Shown here: positions 25,301 to 35,400 of the stretch, piece after piece
How the letters are laid out: every line of letters starts with the position of its first letter
Position numbering within the stretch: position 1 is the first letter of the stretch
Notes under the pieces: generated by a model
What the model was told of the DNA's origin: nothing
Databases searched by the model: none
Seen by the model: the letters and a program-made list of their open reading frames with translations, nothing else
From: Mantamonas sphyraenae STR306
Taxonomy: Eukaryota > Protista > CRuMs
DNA: 64,000 nucleotides
Direction of reading: 5' to 3'
Assembly: GCA_026936335.1 (NCBI GenBank)
Contig: JAPMXV010000069.1
Location: 124,001 to 188,000, forward strand
Program-made: the position numbers and the translations under genes

Positions 25301-26758
25301 ACGTGGTGTGGAAGGGCTTCCTGACCATCTGGCTCATTATCATCAACTCGGTGGCCATGACCCTGTTCGTGGGCTCGTTCCTGCACTTTGCCGGCTTCCA
25401 GGCCGTGACCAAGGCGATGACGAGCATGGGCGAGCTGGTGGGCATCGATTTTGGCGAGCTGGCTGACGGCATCCCCATTCCGGGAGCAGATCTGGTGGAC
25501 TTGGACGCCATCGAGGCCAAGATTGACACAACCATCGACGGCCTCAATGTGGAGCTGGGCTCAATGAAGGCCCCGAGCAAGGGCAAGGGACCTCGCACGA
25601 GCATGTTTGACGTGACGGAGTGGAGACGGCATCGAGATTGGAGAGCTGGAGGGCGCCAACGTGGCTTTGGAGAACGTGGAGGGTGCAACTGAGACAGCAG
25701 TGGCCGTGGTTACTGGTATGGCCGCAACCAAGAAAGCCCTCAACGAGGAAATGGACGACAAGGCGGAGAAGGACAGCAAGAAGGCGCGCGAGCGTCGCAA
25801 GAAGGAGGAGAAGGCGAAGAAGAAGAAGGAGCGCGAAGAGAAGGAAGTTGGTGCTCCGGGTAAGGGTGGAGATGGCGATGATGATGACGATGATGACGAT
25901 GACGATGATGACGACGAGGATGAGGACGACGACGACGACGATGATGATGACTCTGATGAGGAGATGGGCCTGTTTGGCGCAGCCAAGAAGGCCAAACGCG
26001 CAGCGATGAACCTTAAGGAGGCAGCAGAGACGACAAAGGAGATGCACGACGAGACCAAGGAGGAGTGGCAAGGTGATGACATGAGCGACGACAGCGACGA
26101 TGAGGATGACGCCGGTGATGACGATGGCGAGGCCGCCGAAGGAGAGGAGGAAGACGAACAGCAGCAACAGCAGCAGCCGCCGGCAGAGGGAGCCAGCGCG
26201 ACCGATGCAGCAGCTGCTGCTGCAGACGCAGTCGAGGAGCCCGAAGAACCCGAGGTGGAGGAGACGCCCGAGGTGGAGGCACCCGAGGACGAAGACAGTA
26301 TGCTGGACAAACTGGAAGGCAAGTCTGTAAGCATCCCGGGCAAGGAGGTCGAGGACGACGAGGCAGGCAAGGGCAAGGCGGGCGCAGGTGCAGCCAAGGC
26401 AGGCACAGACGCAGCAGCCGAGGGTGAAGACGGTGAAGGAGGCCCCAGCGCGCCCAAGAAGCTGAAGGGCAAGGGAGGCGGTGACGACGACGACGAGGGT
26501 GAAGAGGGTGAAGGAGGCCCCAGCGCGCCCAAGAAGCTGAAGGGCAAGGGAGGCGGTGGCGACGACGACGAGGCTGAAGAGGGTGAAGGAGGCCCCAGCG
26601 CGCCCAAGAAGCTGAAGGGCAAGGGAGGCGGTGGCGACGACGACGAGGCTGAAGAGGGTGAAGGAGGCCCCAGCGCGCCCAAGAAGCTGAAGGGCAAGGG
26701 AGGCGGTGGCGACGACGACGAGGCTGAAGAGGAGGCACAGCCCGCAGCTGATGAGTAA
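19378..26758 (+). CDS. Giant receptor/channel-like protein B, paralog of A, with long acidic repeat tail; introns 19674-19770 and about 19835-19939; frame break near 25615; start uncertain (19378-19500)
   Basis: Splicing yields the Kelch motif VVGRDIWLTGG; same domain order as A; the TM region shares TTPM.K..N.MQLT, FDL.WPP, SS.DC, HPS..QRIFE.F.C, ADVTIDCAS, WEVGP.M.RKV, YQPYE.D.LD. Confidence 0.85.
26420..26733 (+). repeat. Coding tandem repeat, 75-nt unit x4 plus a partial copy (EGGPSAPKKLKGKGGGGDDDEAEEG)
   Basis: Units start at 26420, 26495, 26570 and 26645 and are nearly identical at DNA level. Confidence 0.95.
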
Positions 26759-26816
26759 CCGGGTGGTGATTGAAACAAAACAGTGTGTTCACACCCATGC
26801 ATTCTTCCATTGTCCG

Positions 26817-28402
26817 TCATGATGATGATGAGGGCAGCCCAGCCATCATGGAACGGCCCAGAGCAATTTCTGCGCGCTGGCGTCGCATGTTGACGTAGGG
26901 ATGGGTCTGAGGAAGCTTGTTGTTCAGCTGCTTGCCCAACACGGTGGCATTGGTGCGCAGCGGACGTCCGCCTTTGTCCAGATTGTTCTGAGCGACCGAG
27001 AGACCGGAGAGGCAGTAGCACGTGTGGTAAAAATCCCTGCTCTTCCCAGGCTTGTCAATCATGCCACCATACATGCTGTTTTGGCAGCACACGAGCAGGT
27101 ACTGCTGCAAGGCGACCTGGTTGAACAGCCACGCGCCGGCGGATTCGTCCAGCGGATCCTCCCCGTCTTTGTCGACGCCGCCAAAGGATGAGGGCACCTT
27201 GAGGCCCAGAGATTGGGCCAGCTCGTGGAGCATGGGAAACGTACCGCCTTGCCACCAGGAGTAGCAGCCGTCCACGAGCTTGTTGATCCGTCCTTGGAAG
27301 CCACCCTCGAGGGACATTTGCCTGTTGCACACCCAGCGGATGAGGTTCTTGACGTCCAGGCGTGTGGCCTGGCCTAGGATCATAAGTGTGGCCAAGCCAC
27401 AGTATGTGTATCCGCCATGGGCTTCTGTGTGTGGCCTGGATCCGAAGCCGCCCTCGTGGCTCTGGCAGGCGAGGGCATACTCGGCGACGCCCTCGGTGAG
27501 CTCGTCTGTGAGCAGACCCAAAAGGAAAGCCACACTGATGGCACAATAGGTGGCACGCACGTCACGCTCGCCGTCAAGGTGCATGCTGAAGGACCCGTCG
27601 TCCTGCTTCATCGCCAGCAGGAAACGGTACACCAGCTGGCGGTCGATGACGGAGTAGCACTCTTCCGTGCCAGCAATGCACAGCGCATGCACAGCCGCAT
27701 ACGTGGAAGCCAGGTGAGGAATCTGGTTGGGGCCGCCTTGGAAGCCACCTGTGTCGTGGTTTTGGCATTTGTCAAGGAACGAGGCCACGCTGCGGGTGTC
27801 GTGGGCTGTGTCAGACAGAGCGTGCGTGGCTTATCCCAATGAGGTGACTGTGTTTGCGACGTACCGAGGTGGAAGTGAGTTGGGCATGCTCTCGAGCAGG
27901 TCCAGCGTGTGGCAGATTCCAGTACACCATCCACGGCCGGGACGGATCGAGTGACTTGAAGCCGCCACTGAGCGGCTTGACGAGGCTCTTGTAAGCGTAG
28001 GCGGCATGCATTCGCCGAACCAATGTAAGTCTGTCCGTGGGGAGTTATGGTGATCACGATGAGAGTGAGCAGGGGCGTGAAAATGGGGCAGCGCCACCCA
28101 CACGCAAACAAGCACCTACTCGCCCTGCTGCTCTGGGTCGGCCTCGAAATAGGCCCGAGCGCATGCAACACCTCCATTTCGACCTGTTGCTGCATGCGTG
28201 AGCTGACTGTGCTCAGGCCTTCGTCGTCGGTGAGGCGGAAACGATCGTAGCCGGGGTCGTCGTCGCCGTCGTCGTCGTCGTCGCCAGTGTCCTCATCTGC
28301 AATGACAACAATGGTATCCGAAGAGCCTGCCTCCTCTTCCTCGTGTTCCTCCTCCGCTTGATGCTCTGTGGACTCTTGAGTTTGGTTCTCGATGGAGCTC
28401 AT
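26817..28402 (-). CDS. FNTB: Protein farnesyltransferase beta subunit; 5' part has introns and several frame breaks
   Basis: LDPSRPWMVYW, GGFQGGPNQIPHLASTYAAV, EAHGGYTYC, GRINKLVDGCYSWW, DKPGKSRDFYHTCYCLSGLS. Confidence 0.93.
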
Positions 28403-28441
28403 TGCGGTTGTTGCGGCAGCCGCGCCAATTCTTTCGCCCGC

Positions 28442-29011
28442 ATGGTCCAGTGGATTGAAGATGGTATTTTCAGGAAGGATATGGTGGATGCGACCCAGCT
28501 GCCGTTCCTGACGAGCGGAGATTTCCCCATGCTGGAGAAACGGAGGCGCAGCGCGGTGTATTTTGCCCTACTGCAGTTGGTGGTGGACATCGTGGCCACA
28601 GCCATGTATCGCGTGCGTGGTTCGATTGCCATTCTTATTGTCAACCCTTTTCTGGTGATTGCATGCGCGGTGGGTGCCTACGGCAGCACGGTGATGCGGT
28701 GGAAACTTGTGCTTTTCCACGCCATGGTCTCCCTGGGAATCTCCTTTGCGCTGCTGCTCTATGCCGTCATCGAGTTTTTCTTCATCGACCACACCTGGGT
28801 GCGGCTAGCCATCCACGCCGTGGTGCTTGTGGACATCATGGGCGGCGTTGCCTCACTCCTCTTTGCCCTGGCGCTTCTTTCGGCTCGCGGCAAGTCACGC
28901 AGAGGTACGGACGCAAACCACGGAGGCAACAACGCGTTGGCAGTGGCACCTGGCCATGGAAGTGGTGACGCCGGTGCAGGAGTGCGTGCACAGAAGCAGC
29001 AGCTTGCGTGA
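28442..29011 (+). CDS. Hypothetical small membrane protein (about 4 TM)
   Basis: Four hydrophobic segments and coding-like codon usage; no family recognised. Confidence 0.65.
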   Translation: MVQWIEDGIFRKDMVDATQLPFLTSGDFPMLEKRRRSAVYFALLQLVVDIVATAMYRVRGSIAILIVNPFLVIACAVGAYGSTVMRWKLVLFHAMVSLGISFALLLYAVIEFFFIDHTWVRLAIHAVVLVDIMGGVASLLFALALLSARGKSRRGTDANHGGNNALAVAPGHGSGDAGAGVRAQKQQLA

Positions 29012-29068
29012 AACACAATGAACTGAAGCACCGCAAACTCGCCCAAACTTTCCCCCCACCCTTTTCCC

Positions 29069-30820
29069 ATGGAAGCCGTGCCGTGGCTTAGGGTTGTGTT
29101 TGACCAACCAGGCGTATTGGACGACCTTAAGGACAGGGTGGCATGCGCTTGTGTGTGCCGGGCCTGGCGAGCAGAACTACTTGGCCCAGAGGGAGAGCAA
29201 GGACGTTCAGGAAGCCCTGTGTGGGCGTCGTTGAACCTGAAGGCGTACGGAGACTCGTTGGAGGATGAGGATGTGGCCATGTTTGCGCGTGGAGGCTACT
29301 TTCGGCGCACGCGGAAGTTGAATCTGGGCGACTGCGTGCACCTGGGCGACGCAGCGATGCGAGAGGTTGCCCATGGCTGCGATGAACTGCAGGCGTTGAA
29401 TTTGTGGAACTGCGACGGCATTGGGGACGATGGGGTGGCTGCGCTGGCCGATATTGGACCGGGGCTGGTCAACCTGAACTTGCAACGGGTGTACAAGCTG
29501 ACGGACTCAGGGCTGGCGTGTATTGTGGAGGCCTGTGGCAATTTGCAGAAGCTTGCACTGGAGTTTAACCCGGAACTGAGTGACGAGGGCATGGCAGTCA
29601 TTGGCAAGAGCTGCCGGAAATTGCGGCTGCTGCACATCGACGGAAGCGACAACCTGCGTAGCGTGGCTTTGACGCAACTGGGCAAGGGCTGCCCCGAGCT
29701 GCAGTCACTGACGCTGCCCTACTGCAACGAGGTGAACGATGAGGGGCTGGTGGGTCTGGCTGCAGGGTGCACGCAGCTGCAAACGCTGGAACTCAACTCG
29801 TGGGAGGTGAGCGATCACGGGGTGGCCGCTGTGGTGAAAGCGTGTGGACACACCCTGCAGCAGTTTGACTTGGGTGTGTGTGGACAGGTGGGTCAAGGCA
29901 CTCTGGATGCCCTGGGGGTGTACGGGACGGCGTTGCGTCGGCTGGACCTTGGCTCATGCATGCGCATCAGCGACGAGGCCATGCAGAGTCTGGCCACAGG
30001 TTGCAAGCAATTGGTGCAACTGAATCTTCAGGGATGTGACAAGGTGACGCAGCACGGCCTGCTTTTGCTCACGGAAGGGTGCACGGCGCTGGAGCATCTC
30101 GACATCACAGGGATCAACGTCACGGACGTGGCCATGCAGGCCATTGCATCGCGGTGCAAACGGTTGCGCACACTGGAGGTGAGTGCGTACGACGTAAGCG
30201 ACGAAGGCGTTGTCGCGCTGGGCAAGTACGCACACTCGCTCCGCGTCTTGGATCTTGGCGTGTGTACGCACATCACAGACGCAAGCTTTGAGGCTCTAGC
30301 AGTGGGATGCACCCTGTTGCAACGGTTGGAGGTGACGGGCTGTACAGAGACGACCCAGGATGGCGTCGACGCCCTGCGCACCTTTTGCCCGCGCCTGCGC
30401 CATCTCAACATCCAGAATGTGGTGTACAGTGGAGTGGGTGAAGTGGAAGGCGTAGTCGGTGTCGAGCGACGGCGTGGCGAAGACGACAATGACAGCGACA
30501 AAGAGACGGAGGATGCGCAGGCCGTTTTCGAGCAATTCGACAGTAACAACGGCATCCCTGGGGCCATTTCTGACACGAAGGCGTCACCCCAGGCAGACAC
30601 GGGTGATCCAAGCACAGATTCTAATGACGAGGCGTCCTCGGGGCCTGGGAAAGCGAGCGCAATAGTGCCTGACGGGGACTATCCGCGCAGCATGACCGGC
30701 ATGGCCACCATGTTCCCTGAAATGTTCACAAAGGAGGCGCAGCGGGAGCAGATGAAGCGCAAAGGGCTTCTAGAGGAGATGGCGGAGCAGTTGATGGACG
30801 GGCAAGACGGTACACGATAG
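29069..30820 (+). CDS. F-box/LRR protein (FBXL2/FBXL20-like Cys-containing LRRs)
   Basis: N-terminal F-box-like CACVCRAWR, followed by about 13 repeats of LxxLxLxxCxxITDxG. Confidence 0.88.
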   Translation: MEAVPWLRVVFDQPGVLDDLKDRVACACVCRAWRAELLGPEGEQGRSGSPVWASLNLKAYGDSLEDEDVAMFARGGYFRRTRKLNLGDCVHLGDAAMREVAHGCDELQALNLWNCDGIGDDGVAALADIGPGLVNLNLQRVYKLTDSGLACIVEACGNLQKLALEFNPELSDEGMAVIGKSCRKLRLLHIDGSDNLRSVALTQLGKGCPELQSLTLPYCNEVNDEGLVGLAAGCTQLQTLELNSWEVSDHGVAAVVKACGHTLQQFDLGVCGQVGQGTLDALGVYGTALRRLDLGSCMRISDEAMQSLATGCKQLVQLNLQGCDKVTQHGLLLLTEGCTALEHLDITGINVTDVAMQAIASRCKRLRTLEVSAYDVSDEGVVALGKYAHSLRVLDLGVCTHITDASFEALAVGCTLLQRLEVTGCTETTQDGVDALRTFCPRLRHLNIQNVVYSGVGEVEGVVGVERRRGEDDNDSDKETEDAQAVFEQFDSNNGIPGAISDTKASPQADTGDPSTDSNDEASSGPGKASAIVPDGDYPRSMTGMATMFPEMFTKEAQREQMKRKGLLEEMAEQLMDGQDGTR

Positions 30821-31043
30821 CGGTCGGCATCGGAGGGTGAAGCGGTTGAAGAGGAAGGACTGTGTGAGACATTGTGTGTCCTGCGGGTGGACAATCACCC
30901 GAGGACAATGGTGTGGGAATTGGCGAGCGTGTGTTGGGCCAAAAAGAAGAAGCGCACCCGTAGCTTTCCCACACGCACTCTCTCGCACTCTTTCTGTGTC
31001 TCTGGTTTGCTCTTCCACACATTCCCAGAGCAGCACGCACAGG

Positions 31044-32436
31044 ATGACCACGTCGCTGGATCATCGGGTGCCAAAGGCGATCCCAGACTCGCCGCCACCG
31101 GCGGTCAACTTGGAACCGTTGGACAGGGAGGAGGTCAGCATTTCGTTTGTGGATGGATCGGACGTAGTGCCTGCGGGCAGGTTCCGCAGCTTCCTGCATG
31201 GTGAGTGGCAGAGCCTGGGAATGGGGGGAAAGGGCACAACCTTGTTCACGTGGCCGACCACCACTCTCTCACACTCTCACCACACAGACAAGGGGGCAAG
31301 GTGTTTCCGCAGCAAGGTGTGCCGCGTCTGCGTGTATATTCAAATCATCATGCTGGTTGGCATGATCATTGCGTTTGTGAGTGGTGGCTGGGTGCAGGAG
31401 TCGCAGGAAGGAAGCGGAAAACGCGGTGGGTTTTGCCCCCGTTTTTGGTGCTCACACTCGGTGTTGGCGCCGCACGACACGACACGGTGGTACACAGAGT
31501 GTGGTCGAAGTCGAGCGACAACGATGCCTAAGACCCGAGTTTAAGCGTGAGAGCGTGCTGCTCACAGACATGACAAACGTGACCAAGGTGGTGCTGACGG
31601 GCAGCCCGGGCCTGCTTACGTTTGTGCAGCTTGCAGTGGGCAACAGCGCAAAGGTGCGTCTCGAGCTCCGTTCCAACAGGGATGATCTGGCGTTGTACAC
31701 AGTCAAGACCGCAGTCAAGGAGGCTGGCGTGTGGAGTTTGGACGTGCGCAACACGCTCACCACACAGCTGGGCAGCTGCCCCACCGCTGTGGTCAACATC
31801 ACTGTGCCGTCCACAAAGGCCCTGTTGGACCTGGATCTAAGTTCGGACGGCCTCATCGTCTCCTTGGAAACCGGGAGCAAGCACGCACTGGGCGACGTCT
31901 CGATCACCACCAAACAGAGCATCACTGTGCCCACGGGTCTCATGACACGCAACCTGCTGCTCGACGTGTCTGGAGCAGGTATTCTCCAGCTGTCCGGTGA
32001 CATCATGAGCAACGGGTCGCTGCAGCTGCTGGGCGAGGAGAGCGAGTGGCCCGTCTCCATTGACACCATCCAATCCACAGGCGACACTCGCCTAGCCTTT
32101 GGATCGGCCCCTGTGGCTATTTCGCAGGTGTCCATTGCTTCCATGGCCGACGTGGCTGCCAGTGGACCGCTGTCCATCGGAAAGTTGGTCAGCACCGCCC
32201 CCAACCGTGACGCGACCGTCACTGTCGCCGTGGCCAAGGACCCGCTCAAGATTGTGGCCGACCCGTCCTTTTCAGGCACCTACAGCATTATGAGTGCCGG
32301 AGGAAACCTCGTTGTGGACAACAATCATGTGAAAAGGTCGGATCGACGCCGCACCGGCACAATCTACAAAGACAACAACGGTCGCAACAAACTGCGCATC
32401 ATTTCCAGCACAGCAACGTGTCGTCTCCAAGGCTGA
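31044..32436 (+). CDS. Hypothetical type-II membrane protein with a beta-solenoid (adhesin-like) ectodomain; two probable introns, exon joins partly unresolved
   Basis: GTGAGT donor at 31201, TM segment VCVYIQIIMLVGMIIAF, then a Ser/Thr/Val-rich beta-strand ORF to 32436. Confidence 0.5.
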
Positions 32437-32474
32437 ATGAATGCAATCCCTCTCAAAACCCCTGTCCATTTGCA

Positions 32475-35400
32475 TCACACGTGCAGATCCCTCGCCGAAG
32501 GCAACCTCTCCTCACTCATGCTGCGCCTCTTGCCGCTTCGTGGATGGCCCGATGTGCCGCCGCTACTGCTGCCGCTGATACCGTGTGTGCCACTGCCGCT
32601 GTTGCCTTTGCTGCCATGTTCCAGAACAAACGTGGTTTCCTTGCGCGTCTCGGCAGACATTTCCCCGTCGTCTTTCTCCAACACCCAACTCTCCAGCTGA
32701 TCCACGTGGTCGCCCAGGAACACGCGCAGCACCTGTGCAGCCTCCTTAACCTGGCTCGGTTCCATCTTTGGCGACGTCAGCGTTTCGGCATCGCCCTCGC
32801 TGATCGAACTGGCTTCGGGCTCCAACACGTCGCCACTGCCTCCAACACTGCCCCCACTGCCTCCGCTGCTGCTTCCCACGCCCGCTCCGTGTGTGGTGGC
32901 ACTGTTCAGCACCACACTGCCTGCGCCGCCGCTGCTGCTGCTGCTGCTGCTGTTGCCAGCGCTTTGCTCTCGAATCGCCTCGGCGGCCGTCTGCTCGTCC
33001 ACGGCCGTCAGCTGGTCCAGGTACTCGGTGATGCCCACCAGGTTGTTGATGACAAAGCGGTTGAGCTCACGCATGTACCCCTCCTTGGACCCAAACTCGG
33101 CGCGGTTGGCCAGTTTCTGAAGCGTCTTGGCCACAAGCACCAACGCACGTTTGGCCTCCTCTCCGGGCACCTCGTCCACAATGCCGTGTGCCTCCGGGTC
33201 CACAATGCCCGGAAGGAAGAAACGCAAAAACATAAACGCACCCAGCGCCTGCCTGCGCTCAGGGAAGCGGCTGAGGATGGTCATCTGCAGAAAGTTGCAC
33301 ATCTCACGAAAGTGCTTGGGCGAGCTGTCCACGCTGGACAAGATGGAGTCCAGCACTTGCTGACACTTGGCCAGCAGGTGTTCCGTGTTTTCGCGCGCCT
33401 CTTCGTCCGATTCGCAGCGTGTGGGATCGATTTCGTAGCGCGTGCCATTCTGTACAATATCGTGCACGTGCGTGGCCAGCGTGGCTTTCAGGTACTGCGA
33501 ACCCATGATGTGGAAGCACCGAAGCACCAACTTGGTCGACAGCAGGTTTTCCATGAAGAAGGACGACGGCACACTGGTGTACAACACCTCGCGACGGATG
33601 CTGCACTTTAGCAACCGCATCGTGTGTCCGTTGGCGTTGAACACCTGCACAATGCTCCGTGCCAGCCCTTCGCGTTCCCTCGAGTTTCCCACGTGGCAGA
33701 TGGCACTCACCACACCCAGTCCGGGCGACATGATCAGATTCAGGAATCGTGCGTGCGGGATGCTTGTGTAGTTGCCCACCTGCAGCGGCAACCCTCGTCC
33801 GATCATGTCGATGTTGCACAACATGAAGCGGTGCACCTGCTTCAGGGGCTCGTTCAGATCCGCCTCGCCGCTGGCGTTGTCAAAGCTCGCCGTTGCCGTC
33901 ATCCGGCTCGTGTCTGCAAGCTCCAGCAGGAACGGTTCGATGTACTGCCGCTGCTTGGCCGCAAACCGGTCCAGCCGTGCCATCGACTCCTCCTTGAACT
34001 TCACCTGGGCATTGGACACCATGGCTTGCAGCAGTTTCGTCACCAGAATCAGCGGCCGCCGCTGCTCCTGCCGCAGGCCCGCGTCCACAATCGAAAACGT
34101 TTCCGGAGTGGCAATGGCCGGGCAAATGAACCGCAAAAAGACCATGGCTGCGAGGTGGGACACAGCCACACTCTCGGCAAACCGCTCCTCTGCACTCTCC
34201 TTGGCATAGTGACACAGCCGACGCAGATTGGTGGGCCACGCCTCTGCACTCTCCACAATCAGTGTCACCACCTCACGTGTCACCTCTTTCAGTGCCGCCA
34301 TGTTGTCGTCCACGTCCACGTCGGTGCCGTCCTCCACGCGGCTTGCGTCGATTTCGTAGCGCAGCGGATTGGCAATCAGTCGTGCAATGATGTCTCCCAG
34401 AAGCTGACGCAGGAAGGCACTGCCACACGTCTTGAAGTAGGCCGTGACCATCTTGCTGACAATGCCCTGGTTGCGGTACAGTCCTTCAGGCGACGTGCTG
34501 AGGTGCACCTCGCGTGCAATCATGTTGCGTAGCAGGTGCATGGACTGGCTGTGTGCGTCAAAGATGGCCACCAGCGACTTGGCGATTGTATCTCGCTGTT
34601 GTGGCGGACACGTGCTGATCACAGCCGTCACTGCGCTCAGGTCGCTTTCCAGCAGGTAGTCAATCAAGTCCTCGTAGTCTTTGCCGGGCCTGCTGATGAC
34701 CATGGCCAACTCGTCGTACTCGTCGTCTGCCAGAGAAAACTTGGGCAAATCCAACACGGCCATCGACTTGCGCTTATTGTTGGTGTAGTTTGTGTACGAC
34801 CGGTTGCGTGGACCGTCCCCCATTGCCAGCGCCCTGCGTTCCTTTCCCTTGCTCTTTCCCTTGCCTTTCCCTTTGCCCTTTCCCTTGCCCGTACCCTTGA
34901 TCTTGTCCTTGGCCGCCATGCTCTTGCCCTTTGCCGAACGGCTGCCGCCCAGTGACGTGCTCAGGTCTGTCACCGAGCCCGGCCTGTAGAAGCCAGCCGG
35001 CACGCTGCCCACGTCACTTTCCTCCTTGGCACGCACACGCTTTGACCACGACGAAAGAGAGTGGTCTGTTCGGTCGCTGCCGCTCATGCGCTTGTTTGTG
35101 CTGTGTCCGCGGCTGCGCGAGGACGAGCGTCCGCTGCCACTGCTGCTGCTGCTGCCGCCGCCGCTGCTACTGCTGCTCCCACCCACGCGCCGCCCGATGT
35201 TTTCGCCCACACTGCGTGTCGTACGCAGACCTGGACGCGGGTTCGACGCAAGCGAGCTGCTGTACGCCGACGAGGACATGAGCATCATCGATTCGTCATC
35301 CGAGTCGATTTCGCTCGTTTCACTGACGTCCACAGTGTCGTCCTGGAAGCTCGTTTCCTCCATCGGGTACGGTTCGCTCACCAGCGACTCGGCAATGTTG

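Noticed and set aside
26420-26733. Regular repeats as a possible CRISPR array
   Set aside because: No unique spacers; the unit is a multiple of 3 and lies in a coding frame; eukaryotic context with no cas genes.
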